DNA of 64,000 bases. It comes from Octopus sinensis. Its lineage: Eukaryota. A program made the translations under genes and the position numbers. Shown in pieces: positions 12,545 to 24,794 of the stretch (positions are counted from its first letter, which is position 1; each line of letters opens with the position of its first letter). The notes under the pieces are model-generated. The model was given only the letters and a program-made list of their open reading frames with translations, did not search any database and was not told the origin of the DNA. The stretch covers positions 192,820,001 through 192,884,000 of the forward strand of contig NC_042997.1 in assembly GCF_006345805.1 (NCBI RefSeq), in the 5' to 3' direction.

Positions 12545-13323
12545 AATAGTAGTATTAGTGAGTTACAATGTAGACAAAATTGAATTCAACTTATTAGCCT
12601 CATTAATTTAACAAAATTAATCAAACAAATACCCACTGCCCAAACTCTTATTGCCATGTAGTGTTAGATTCACTAGATTTAGTAAATTCAGTTCAGTGTT
12701 TTCTAAATTCTCTGTGTTCTGAATTGATGAAATGTGTTGCCGTATTTGATTTGAACCTAACACTTCCCTTTCACTTCTTTGCAGCTTAGTTACCCACCTG
12801 AAAAGCAGTACCACCCGTTTCAGGGAAAGCACTGTTGTATAGATCAGTGGAAATAGTTTTGATTTACTTATGCACTTTAGACCTTTTTTTATTCGATTCT
12901 GATTTCTCTGTTTTATAATATCTTTTTATTGTTAAGTGATGTGTGAGTATTGATTACTGATAAAATAATTTTTATTTATTATTTGCATTTTTTAAACTTA
13001 CATTGTTTTGTCTGTAATTTTCGTATTTATATCTGGTAATTAATATTAAATGACATATTTCTGGTATTTGAAGAATTGTATTTAGTGAACGATATTCTCT
13101 GCCCTTGAGAACTGTTTTGATTTTAAGTTGTTTTCTCGATTTTTGTTTTATTTATTTATTTCAATTTTTTAATCATTAGTATTGTTATTTGTACTCTAAA
13201 TAATTTTTTAATTGAAAATTCTTTTTATAGCAAAAATGTACATTATTTATAATTATATCTTACTTGTAGTCATGAATAGTATATAAAGTTACCTCCCTTG
13301 TGACAGATTTGCTTCCCTTTTAG

Positions 13324-13353
13324 GCTGTCAGCCATGTTACCATTCCACTTTTT
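13324..13353 (+). CDS. Candidate 30-nt microexon (GCQPCYHSTF)
   Basis: Acceptor tttgcttcccttttag, donor TTT|gtaagt, frame-preserving and open in phase 1; splice-signal evidence only. Confidence 0.25.
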
Positions 13354-14259
13354 GTAAGTGGATCATTCCAAAATACAAAATATATACAACTTGTAGTATC
13401 TGAAATTCAGAAATGATTTGTGTTAAATATTTACAGCCACTTACTATACCACAAAATAATACTGACTGAGGAAATGGTATAAATTATCGTATCTAGATCA
13501 ATGTTAAGTTTCTGGGTTCTCCACAAGATTTCATATTTCATTGTCAAATGCACACCTCCAATTATTTTTAATGCCTAATAGAATAGGAATTATTAATTGG
13601 TGCCTTGTAGTAGGCAATACTGTATGATAGTAATTATTTTGGCTGGGAATAAAGTTTGCGATCCCATTTATAATCTCCAAATAGAATCATTCTTGTATGT
13701 CTCCAAATTGGATGATGCATGAATGTTACAAATTCCCCTTTCTGTATCAAGCTAAAGCTTTTTTTTTTTTATATATATATTTTTATTTAATTGTTGCCTG
13801 ATAGTCAATCGCTCTATCTGCAAACAGAGAGGTTGTGACTTGCAGGGAATTGATATGGTTAATTTTGATTTTAAGATGTTGGAGATTATTTTGTTGAGAA
13901 ATAGTTATTGGTTCGAAAGACTATGTGTAAACGTTTGATGTTGAATGTAATGAAAAAAGGGACAAGAAATAGTCCTAATGATCTGAGTTTTTCTCTTTAG
14001 AAGTAGAAGAAGCAAATATTTGAGCATAATGACACATTAAAGATTGGTTATCAATGATGTTGGTGTGGGGCTAGTCACACAGATGATTTCTGAATATGTA
14101 ATATTTTGCCTTCAAACTTTGACTTTCTTCTACAATTTTATCTTTGATTTTAATATTTATATGACAATATTCTATAATTTAAGATATGTTTTAACTCACT
14201 GTGCATGGCGTTTTCTGTAAAATATAGATTTTCTTCTAAATCTTCTTTTTCCCTATCAG

Positions 14260-14376
14260 TATCTTTGGACCATTTCTTCATTGCAGCTAATCAAAGTACA
14301 GATACAAAAGATGATACAGTCCGATCTTTGGTCAAAGACCGTATCAACTCTTGGGGAGGACATTATAAAGATGAGG
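14260..14376 (+). CDS. Candidate cassette exon V4 (39 codons)
   Basis: Acceptor tcttctttttccctatcag|TA, donor GAGG|gtataa, 117 nt, phase 1-1; VSLDHFFIAANQSTDTKDDTVRSLVKDRINSWGGHYKDE. Confidence 0.62.
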
Positions 14377-15765
14377 GTATAACTGACTTTATCTTTTAAA
14401 GTTTTGATGTATCAGTAGCAATGGTCACAACAGGTAGTTAGTTGCACCTGCATGTATATGTTCAGTAAAATATGTTTATCACTGAATATTGCCATAGTTT
14501 TCTCCCACAATTTGGTTCTACAACCTTTTAAGTCAATTATGTAATCACCTGCTTATTAATGAGGTTCCTGTCCTGAACATCTCACATATATATACTATAG
14601 CATTTAAAAAACCTTGGCTCAGTATTTAGTATAGAACTAAATATTCTAAATAACTACTGCTTAAATGAAATACTTAATGAAAACTATTAATAAACGTAAT
14701 CAATAATGTTCAGTGTTAAATGACCTGTAGATGAGTTGCCAATATTGTATGTTAGTGTACTGTACAATATCAGATATTTGAGAAAATAACTAGAAACCTA
14801 TATATCTTACAAATAATTCTGGATGCAAGTTATTTAGAAGTTAATATTGTGATAGTTAATTAAGGTCAATAGAAATTGTTAATCTGGTACTAACCTCAAA
14901 TCATTATTTTAGATTTCTAAGAAGTATTCATAGGATTGTAATGAATATATGTAAATGTAGCTTAACCAGAACTTGTTAATATTATTTAGAATGTTTCAAC
15001 AAAAATAGTAAATGAACGCTGTAGAAAAACAGTGTGGCTATAGAAAAGAAGTGTGCCTAATGATTTTAAATTTTGATTAGAAAATTTTAGGCATTTGAAA
15101 ATTATAACTAAAATTTTTTTATTAAGTCCAAATCTTTTCTTTTCTCATTTTTTCTTTCTTTTTTTTTTTTGTATATGTACTATCAAATAACTCTTGCTTG
15201 AAAATATTAGTCATTAATTATTCAATTTATAGATAAATATTTTTTTTTCAGATTCTCTCTTTCATAATACCTTAAACAACACCCATTGACATAAGAAATA
15301 ATAGTTATTTTTCTATTTTATAAACAGTTTATGAAATTCCACCTACTTAGAATTCTTTTAAAAATACTAACAAATTTTTCTGGCTACTGTCTATATGTCT
15401 ATATATATAAGGTGCATTATAGAAGTCAAGGCATGACAGGGATCTGGTGATAGTAAAAGATTACAGAAAACAAGCACAATGTCAGGAAAGCTATTTTCAT
15501 ACCTAATTCCTATCCTGTTCCCCCTTTTCTGTCGTCACAATATTTTTTTTTTGTTCACTTTCATTTGTTGTCTTATGGTCATTGATGTATATACTGTTTA
15601 ATTTTTATTTGCTTTATCATAGTAATGATATTGAGCATCATTTAGTTATATACACCATATTTACTTGTGTATAAGTTTCACTATTTTACGCTTGATTTTA
15701 ACTGGAAAAACTGCAGCAACTTACACACAAGCCTGACTTATACACATGTAATTATGGTGTGTTTA

Positions 15766-15814
<49 letters not shown>

Positions 15815-17098
15815 TTCCTTTATTTTGCTGCTGTGATATATTTATTTTTCTCTCCCTATTTTAGTCATTAATTTTATTTAATTATTTTTCAGTAATTTGC
15901 ATGTTAATTATATATGAATTCTAATAATGTTGATTCTTATCTTCATTGTATGTCCAGAAAAGAAACAAAAAATGCATTTTCCTTCCGTTTTGATTTTATA
16001 TATATATATGTTGTGAATTATTGTTAAGTGGTGAACTATTGTTTTACTGAGAGGATGAGCTATAATCTAGTCAAAAAGTAATTTGTGATTTTGTTTCAGT
16101 TTTCAGTGTTTTTTTTTTTTAATGTCTATTCAGAATTGCAAGACTATTGTAGCATCTTTATTCTTCTATATATACAAAGAGAAATCTCGTCATCATTATC
16201 ATTTCCAACATCATTATTTCAGTTGTCATACTTTTTTTTATTACTGCATAATTGTGTTTCTATGTAAGCCTTGGATTCACTCAGTATTCTTTTTATCTTC
16301 ATGTATTGAAAAAATATTCTGTGCAACATGTGGGGAGTGTCTTTTACATCAGTGTTATTATCTCTCCATACATTGTGTCACCATCACCACCACCACCACC
16401 ACCACCACTATCATCATCATCATCTGTATATCATTGTGAATATGCTGTATCATTTGTCCCCAATTGTTTTTTTCCCCCCCTTGTTATTGATCAATAATTG
16501 AGTCATGATTTGAGAAATCATTAAGCAGGCATTGGTTACCTTTATGTAACATCTACCTTATATGTTAAACTGTTGACTTAGTTCTGTATTTAGCAGATTA
16601 ACTGGATCACATATTGATGTTACTACTTAATGTGATTTACTATTACCTGAAGATTAATTTAGAGTATTCATAAACTGCTTTCAGTTGACAGAAAGATAGT
16701 TAGCTACATAGGTATCTAGATAAATAGCAACTAAAAATTGTATCTATGTTAATTTTATTCAATGTTTTGGTGTATGTTCAGCCATTTTCCAGAAAGTTGT
16801 TGCTGATAAGGGATCAAGGTTCTCTTGTGTTTGTTGTTGTTTAGTCCCAGGTCAACAGCAGTCAAGTAAACCTATGATAAAAAGGCTCATATAGGGGCTC
16901 CCTTGTTGGGATGTGTCCTTGGTTTGTTGTGTATATATATTGCCAACAGAAATAATTGTGTTTCTGATATTTGTTCACATATGGATGTATAGTTAAAAAG
17001 CTTAAGCTTTGAGTTCAATCCTACTACATTCCTCTCTGAGTAAATATTTCCTACTATAAATTGGGTCAACCAACACTTGATGAGTGTTTCTAATAAAC

Positions 17099-17329
17099 AG
17101 CGGTGAGCTGGCAGAAACGTTAGCACGCCAGGCAAAATGCTCAGCAGTATTTTGTCTGCCGTTAGATTCTGAGTTCGAATTCCACTGAGGTCGACTTTAC
17201 CTTCCATCCGTTCTGAGTCAATATATTTAGTACAAGTTATGTACTGGGGTCGATGTAATCGACTTAATCCCTTTGTCTGTCTTTGTTTGTCTCCTCTATG
17301 TTTAGCCCCTTGTGGGCAATAAAGAAATA
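17099..17329 (+). mobile_element. SINE family A
   Basis: Near full-length match to 2456-2690. Confidence 0.88.
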
Positions 17330-17659
17330 AAAAAAACTATATAAAATATGTACAGATGGTGAACACCCTGTTGGATGAAAAACAAAACCTGTCAAAGGAT
17401 GAACTCAGTAGAGTCCAAGGCCGTCCAACATCTGGGTGTGAGAGACCCCCTAGTCTTCATTTAAACATCTTTCTAGGTGAATGAAAATTCAGATATAAAA
17501 CCTGTGGGTTTTGTTTGCATCCAATGATGTAGATTAGTTCTTTTTGGGGAAATGCACACATTGTTCACAGAGTGGGGTTGGTCCTGTGCAAAACCTGTCC
17601 TCACTTTAAAAAGCTTCAGGCATAGGCATCCCTTGATTGTTAACATATCTAGTAACCTC

Positions 17660-17980
17660 CCTGAAGGCACATGGCTCAGTGGTTAGAACATGAGACTCAC
17701 AATCATGAGGTAGTGAGTTCGATTCCCTGCTGGGCTGTGTGTTGTGTTCTTGAGCAAGACACTTTATTTCATGTTGATCCAGTTCACTCAGCTGTAGAAA
17801 TGAGTTATGATGTCACTGGTACCAAGCTGTATCAGCCTTTGCCTTTCCATTGGATAACATCAGTGACATGGGTGACTACTGGTCTTCCATAAACAACCTT
17901 GCCCAGACTTGTGCTTTGGAGGGGAACTTTCTAGGTGCAGTCCCTTGGTCATTCATGACCAAGGTATAGGGGGTCTTTAA
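17660..17980 (+). mobile_element. SINE family C
   Basis: tggctcagtggttag A box, gagttcgattccc B box, ttgagcaagacacttt. Confidence 0.75.
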
Positions 17981-18130
17981 TAACCTCCCTATTGTGTGTT
18001 GCATACTATGGTTAGCCATAGCCAAAAAATTAGGACAGTTATGGCTGGAATGACTTTAGTTCTACTTGATTCAGGTTGACTTAGGGCTACACATCAAAAA
18101 GGTATAGTCTACCAACAAGCACAGGCACTG

Positions 18131-18174
<44 letters not shown>

Positions 18175-18584
18175 TCACAACAAATCGACCCCAGGACTTA
18201 TTCTTGGTAAGCCTAGTACTTATTCTGTCCTAGTACTCTTAACCACACATCCACACCTAAAATTCTGTTACAAAAGTAGAAATTTAAATATCAAGGTTAC
18301 TAACATTTATAATGGTGTTTGAACCTTTCTGAAAAAAGGGTTGTTAAAATTCCTCATAATAATTTGGCTGTCTACTTGTAGTAGTAGTAGTAGTAGCAGA
18401 AGCAGCAGCTGCTGTATGTGAGGCTGCTTTCCAAGCAATTCTTATATGCTCATTGCAAATGGGAAATCAATAATATTTTGTTTTCTGTAGATCGCTAGAA
18501 TGCTGATAGACAACACAGGACCCAAGGGTGTTGTGTGTGTGTGTGTGCGCGTGCATATATGTATGTATGTATGCATATGTGTAT

Positions 18585-18626
<42 letters not shown>

Positions 18627-18654
18627 ATATTATATATATATATATATATATACA

Positions 18655-18973
18655 TTTGAAGGTGTGTGGCTTAGTGGTTAGGGCATTCGGCTCATGATCA
18701 TAAGGTCATGAGTTCAATTCCTGGCGACCTGTTGTGTCCTTGAGCAAGGCATTTTATTTCACATTGCTCCAGTCCACTCAGCTGGCAAAAGTGAGTAGTA
18801 TCTGTATTTCAAAGGGCCAGCCTTGCCACATTCTGTGTCACACTGAATCTCCCTGAGAATTATGTTAAGGGTAGACGTGTCTGTGGAGTGCTCAGCCACT
18901 TGTACTTTAATTTCACGAGCAAGCTGTTCCATTAATTGTATCAGCTGAAACCTTCATCGTCATAACAAATGGA

Positions 18974-18975
<2 letters not shown>
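18655..18975 (+). mobile_element. SINE family C
   Basis: tggcttagtggttagg, gagttcaattcc, gctccagtccactcagctgg; similar copies near 34965-35285 and 62270-62430. Confidence 0.75.
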
Positions 18976-19010
<35 letters not shown>

Positions 19011-19013
<3 letters not shown>

Positions 19014-19169
19014 AGAAATGGGGTACTCAGAAATCTGGATGGTTTTATATTTACAGATATTTATTAGTATGTTACATGTTTTTATAAATCACATATAAAA
19101 ACATGTAACATACTAATAAATATCTGTAAATATAAAACCATCCAGATTTCTGAGTACTCCATTTCTTCT
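19011..19169. repeat. Near-perfect hairpin next to (TA)n
   Basis: 76-bp arms (19011-19086, 19094-19169), 1 mismatch, 7-bp loop. Confidence 0.9.
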
Positions 19170-19334
19170 AATATATAATACCTGTACATCATCTCCAAAC
19201 CTTCTAATGTATATATATATATATCACACCCATGCTAGCATGGAAGGTGGTCGTTAAATGATGACGATGATGAAGGTGAATATATAGATACATGCATATG
19301 TGTGTGTATTAATGCTTGTTTTTATGTCAAATTA

Positions 19335-19963
19335 TAATAAAAACAATTTACTATTCTTTTCTACTCTGAGCTCTAGGCCCAAAATTCTGGGAGAGGGTGG
19401 GGGCCAGTCGATTAAATTGACCCCAGTATGCAACTGGTACTTGATTTCTTGACCCCCAAAAGGATGAAAGGCAAAGTCAACCTTGGCAGGATTTGAACTC
19501 AAAACGTAAAGATACATGAAATACTGCTAGGCATTTCGTCTGGTGTGCTAACATTTCTGCCAGCTCACCACCTTAAAACAACTTAATATTAAACAGATTG
19601 AATTGCTCAATACTTTTTTTCTGGGACACATATTTATTAAACTTTTACTAGAAGAGGTGTAACAGCTACTTTGATGTTTTGGCCTGCAAGTCTTCATCAG
19701 ACTTTTAAAAGTCTAGTATTTGCATGCACACACACACACATGTTAGTGTGTAACAATCAGCACGCTGGGCGAAGTGCTTCGCGGTATTTCGCATGTCACT
19801 ACGTTCTGAGTTCAAATTCCGCCGAGGTCAACTTTGCCTTTCATCCTTTCGGGGTCGATAAATTAAGTACCAGTTACGCACTGGGGTCGATATAATCGAC
19901 TTAATCCCTTTGTCTGTCCTTATTTGTCTCCTCTATGTTTAGCCCCTTGTGGGTAATAAAGAA
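19335..19963. mobile_element. Two family A SINE copies (19335-19573 minus, 19757-19963 plus)
   Basis: Shared gcctttcatcc...ggggtcgataaattaagtaccag core. Confidence 0.8.
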
Positions 19964-20116
19964 ACGGTAACAGTCAGGCGAAGTACTCAATGCAAACGTG
20001 GAGTGCAAAGGTTTATACAGACCTGTCTACGAGCTTGTTACTTAGGGGTTTCTGCAGAGTGTAGACTTGTATGAAGAACTGGCTATATTCTGCAGAAACT
20101 CCAGAATTACACACAA

Positions 20117-20330
20117 CCCCCACCCCCAACTCCCCCACCCCCACCCGTTGGATTGGCCTAAATAAGCAAAAGCAACAATGACTGCGATGATTGGGGTGAT
20201 AGTTATGGTTTCCAGGAGGTAGAGACCTAATGAAGTTTTCAGTTCCTGCTACTGTTGCCTTGTTCTGTTAATGAAATATCACTTGTCAGCTGACTGCTCA
20301 TCTGTTGACAGCAGGTGACAATTGACAATT
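20117..20330. promoter_or_regulatory. Candidate enhancer: C-tract/CACCC array, ATTGG boxes, E-box and TGACA cluster
   Basis: Unique non-repeat DNA; five C-runs at 20117-20146; four CANNTG and four TGACA sites within 20280-20327. Motif evidence only. Confidence 0.3.
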
Positions 20331-20438
20331 ATAGTTACATAGTTACTACTGTCGGTCCATAGTTGTCATTGTGTGTGTGAGATGCACGTAAACACCTTCG
20401 TTGTAGGAAATGGTGTTTAGATCATAGACACAATTATA

Positions 20439-21500
20439 ATGAGTCATCCCATAAATAATGTGTTTTTTTCGTATACTTTTTTTATTTTTCAAAATTAAGA
20501 TAAACAAAGTTCATTTTTAATCTAAAATATACTCTCCTTCATTTTCTACTATGCTCTTCCATTTATCTGGTAGACTTCCAAAATTCACTTGTCCATGGCG
20601 AAAAATACTCATGTACTGTTCTGACCACATCTACAAAATTCATTTTTTTTCCATCCAAATGATTTTGAAGACTGCAAAATAAATGATAATCAGATGGGCA
20701 ACGTCCGATGAATATGGTGGATGGGGCATCGTTTCTCATTCAAACTGCTCCAGCATTTGGAATGTCATCCTTGCTGTATGTGGCCAAGCATTGCCTGGGG
20801 TGTCAGTGTTTCTCCTTTCCTGTCTTCGGCACTTGACATTTTTATAGAGAACCCATTTCTCATCACCAGTCACTATTCAGTCCAAAGCGGTTCATTTATG
20901 AAATATGGTACCAAAGAAGAGCACACATTCTCTCTCTGTGCACGATTAGACTCGGAAAGTTTGTGAGGAACTCATTGACCCAATTTGCTATCTTTTCCAA
21001 TGGCACACAGGTGTCACTGAATGGTTGAATGACTAAATCGAAGCTTCTCTGCAAGTTCCTCAACAGTTACAGTGGGTTTTGTTCCATCAGAGTTTGCAGG
21101 GCATCCTCATCGAACTCTACAAGTCTTCCAGATGAAGCTCATTTTCTAGGCTGTAGTTACCAGCTCAGAATTTCCGGAACCACCATTGACACTGGCTTAC
21201 ACTTATTGTCTGATCCCCATATTCTGCATTAATATTTCACGCACTTTCCGTTGCACTGTTGCCTTTATTGAACTCATAAAGCGAAGTATGCCAAATATGC
21301 TCCTTTGTCACTTCCATTATAGCTTCAAAAAATTATCTCTTAAAATCGAACTGCACTCATAAAAATTTGCACTAAGAGTACAGACAAGGTAAAATCACAA
21401 CCTGCTTTTATAACAATTTGATGCAAGTAGTTTATCCTATCCCACTCTGACTTTTAGTTCATACAATTGAAAAAACTGCATTATTTATGAGATGACCCAA
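20439..21500 (-). mobile_element. Degenerate, internally deleted mariner transposon
   Basis: TA-flanked imperfect TIRs (ATGAGTCATCCCATAAATAATG / TTGGGTCATCTCATAAATAATG). Minus strand reads MEVTKEHIWHTSLYEFNKGNSATE...QWWFRKF and HPPYSSDVA-SDYHLF with stops and frameshifts. Confidence 0.9.
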
Positions 21501-22149
21501 TATATACAGCATAATAGAGATACACATCTAAACTTTTGTACTTGTTTTTATACACATACACACCTGTGTATGCAAATGTGTAAATACGTGTGTGTTATTA
21601 ATTTTCTGTCCATTGCCTTCTGTGTTCAAATCCTACCATGGTCATCTTCATCTGTCATCCCTCTGGGGTTCAAGCAATCAGCTAACCTCCTACAGCCAAC
21701 TTACTGGTCTTGTGCCTATATTAGAAATTGCTACTTAATATAGGCGAACATACACATTTTTGCTCTGTAATGCTAAGTGTGTATGTTGTTATTTAACTTG
21801 TGGTCAACTCTGACCAATGAATACAAGCATTCTTTCCAGCCATGGCCATCCCGCCTTTTAGTGGTATCTACAACTACAATATACAATGTATCCCTTCTTT
21901 AGTTAAGATGGTAAAAATTTTGAGGTAAATTTGGCTGGTATTTTTAGCAAGTTAAGCAACCACATAGAAGCTCTGTATACTTACCTTAAAAACCTAGGTA
22001 TGTGGATCTGATATCTTAATGATAAATTGTGTAATCTAGATATTCAGTCAAGAAACTTCTGGAACAAAACTGTTGAGTCAGTTTTATTTATTTGTTTGTT
22101 TATCTATTTAGTCACTTGTCAGTTGTTTCCATTCTGATGTTGGTTTATC

Positions 22150-22500
22150 ATCATCATCATTATCATCATCATCATCATCATTATTGAGTGAAAGAGCAGT
22201 GCATGCCATCAAAGTGACACTGGGGTAAAGTATACGAAGCCCAGCATACCCGTCATGACTACCCATCTGATAAGGGTACACTAGACACATGCATCACAAC
22301 CATATGTGCGCGACATGGTGATCTCATATCAAGATAAACAGCATATGACCTTGCAGGTGGGCCCAGTTAGAATTTTCTTCTGGTCGAGTAACCCATCCCG
22401 CTCAAAGAGTCCCTGAATAAGTGTTGTTTAAGGATGTTGAACGAAACACCCATGTTTCCAGAGGTGAATTATTCAAACCCCAAAGAATCCCTCTCAGCAC
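22150..22500 (-). repeat. Unclassified interspersed repeat with (GAT)n tail (probable retroposon 3' end)
   Basis: (ATC)n run followed by a GC-richer block unlike its flanks; family not identifiable here. Confidence 0.45.
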
Positions 22501-22634
22501 AACATTATTATTATTATTATTATTAATATCAGTATTATGTATAACTTGTTCCTCTTTGTTTGACATTGCTTTGTCTTGTGGTTTACTTGAGCAACTTTGT
22601 CTGAATTACAAAGCCTTCCAGTTACCTTTTAGCT

Positions 22635-22847
22635 CTGTGGTTCTCAACCGGGGTCCATATGGCCCTTGGTGGGGTTCTTATAAGGTTCTGTTATTAAAAT
22701 TTATCCACAATAAATTGGTTATACTTCTACAGTACACAAAATATTTTAAGCTGTGATAGTTTTTAGACATGGAATGGCTGGTAGGGTTCATCCAGGTAAA
22801 ATAGGAATTAAAGGGGTCCGCAGATAAAAAATAGTTGAGAAACATTG
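22635..22847. mobile_element. hAT (Charlie-like) MITE
   Basis: TIRs CTGTGGTTCTCAACC / AGTTGAGAAACATTG; degenerate 8-bp TSD ttttagct / tgttaact (6/8) with central TA. Confidence 0.7.
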
Positions 22848-23269
22848 TGTTAACTATTCTATATGTTAGAGCAGTGAGCTTACTTCATCAGAAGGTATCA
22901 CATGCTTATATTGTAACCACTAGCATAGCTAGAGTGTGTGCCACCCGGGATGGCCATTCCATTTGCAGCCCCCGGACCCCACAAAAATCCACATATTGCC
23001 CTACAGCAGACTCAAAAGTACCGCCCCATTAAAAGTGCTGCTCATGACGGGCTGCACCTACTGTCCCCCCTCCAGCAACACTAGTGTTTGTAACCTCTCC
23101 GTCCTCTTTTTTGGATTTGGTTTGGGGGAACAACTATGTCTTTGGCCTTTGTATGGCCCTCTGACACCAGTGAACCCAATGTGGTTAACATTCTTCTTGA
23201 ACAATAACAAGTCAACAGTAGTGCTCTCCTCATTCAAGGGGCTCTTGAGGGAGCAAGTTACTTGGTGAC

Positions 23270-24090
23270 CTCACTGGTGCCGGTGCCATATAAAAAGCAC
23301 CCAGTACTCTCTGTAAAGTGGTTGGCATTAGGAGGGGCATCCAGCCATAGAAACCACACCAAAGCAGACATTAAAATTTGACACAGAACCATCCCAACCT
23401 CCACAAGCATGGAAAATGGACATTAAATGATGATGATGATGGATGAGAGGGAATTCCAGAGAACCAATGTTCTGGGGAGGAAGAATTGTACATAGTGGTT
23501 TGTGTGAGTCTTGGGAAAGTGTTCACAAAACCTAACCCAAGATTTTTGTCCTTGTGCCTATATTAGATCATTTTTATTATCCTCCTCCTCCTCCTGAAAT
23601 TGCTAGACTTGTGCCAGAGCTGGCAGAATCACTAGCATGCCAGACAAATTACTTGGCAGCATTTCTTCCAACTTTGTTCTGAGTTCAAATTCTGCTGAGG
23701 TTGATTTTTGCCTTTCATTCTTTTGTGGGGGTCAATAAAATAAGTATCACTCAAGAACTGGAGTTGATGAAATCCTCTCTTCCCTTTCCCCACAAATTTT
23801 GGGCCTTGTGCATATAGTCATCATCATCATCATCATCATCATCGTTTAACATCCCTTTTCTATGCTAGCATGGATTGGACGGTTCGACCGGGGTCTGGGA
23901 AGCCAGGAGGCTGCACCAGGCTCCAGTCTGATCTGGCAGTGTTTCTACAGCTGGATGCCCTTCCTAACACCAACCACTCCGTGAGTGTAGTGGGTGCTTT
24001 TTACGTGCCACCAGCACAGGGGCCAAAGGAGGCTGGCAAACAGCCACGATCGGTCGGAGCTTTTTATGTGTCACCAACACGAACGCCAGA
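23270..24090. mobile_element. Cluster: RTE tail (+), SINE A variant (+), RTE tail (-)
   Basis: Same diagnostic motifs as the other copies. Confidence 0.7.
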
Positions 24091-24414
24091 AAGGATTATT
24101 ATGGATGCTTTGGATCTTCAGTTGAAGATCATCTAAACTGGATCTAAATGGTGTGGTCAATATTCCTGGAAATAAAGAAAAGCAAAGCCAGTCAATTGAA
24201 CTTCTTCAGGTTTCTGGAAACATTCTTGGAAACATCCTGCTCATTCATGTTAGTGGACTGTTGGAATAGCTGACAAATTAAGCCTAGATTTTCCAAATGT
24301 ATTGAGGTGGACTTAGGCCCAGTACTTTAGGCCATCCAAATCATATTTAGAAACGGTTTTCGTTTGATTAGTGGAGAGGAATAATGTCAACATACACAGA
24401 TTCCGAGTTAGTGG

Positions 24415-24794
24415 TTTTTACTCTTTTACTTGTTTCAGTCTTTTGACTGTGGCCATGTTGGAGCACCGCCTTTAGTCGAGCAAATCAACCCCAGGATTTA
24501 TTCTTTGTAAGCCTAGTACTTATTTTATCAGTCTCTTTTGCCGAACCGCTAAGTTATGGGGATGTAAACACACCAGCATCAGTTGTTGGGTGGGGGGGAC
24601 AAACATATACACACACATTCATACATACATACATATATACGACAGGCTTCTTTCACTTTCTGTCTACCAAATCCACTCACAAGGCTTTGGTCGGCCCGAG
24701 GTTATAGTAGAAGACACTTGCCCAAGGTACCGTGCAGTGGGACCGAACCCGGAACCATCATGTGGTTGGTAAGCAAGCAGCCATTCCTGCGCCT
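24415..24794 (-). mobile_element. SINE family B, full length
   Basis: Reverse complement of 11084-11474. Confidence 0.88.

Noticed and set aside
2201-14380. Link between the exon donors (G|GTAT) and the SINE A target motif (GGTAT)
   Set aside because: No SINE sits at these donors, and a 5-mer match is expected by chance.
16085-16497. Terminal exon after the acceptor at 16133
   Set aside because: No frame looks protein-like; more probably intronic or UTR-type sequence. It remains the place to check if V1-V4 belong to a separate gene.
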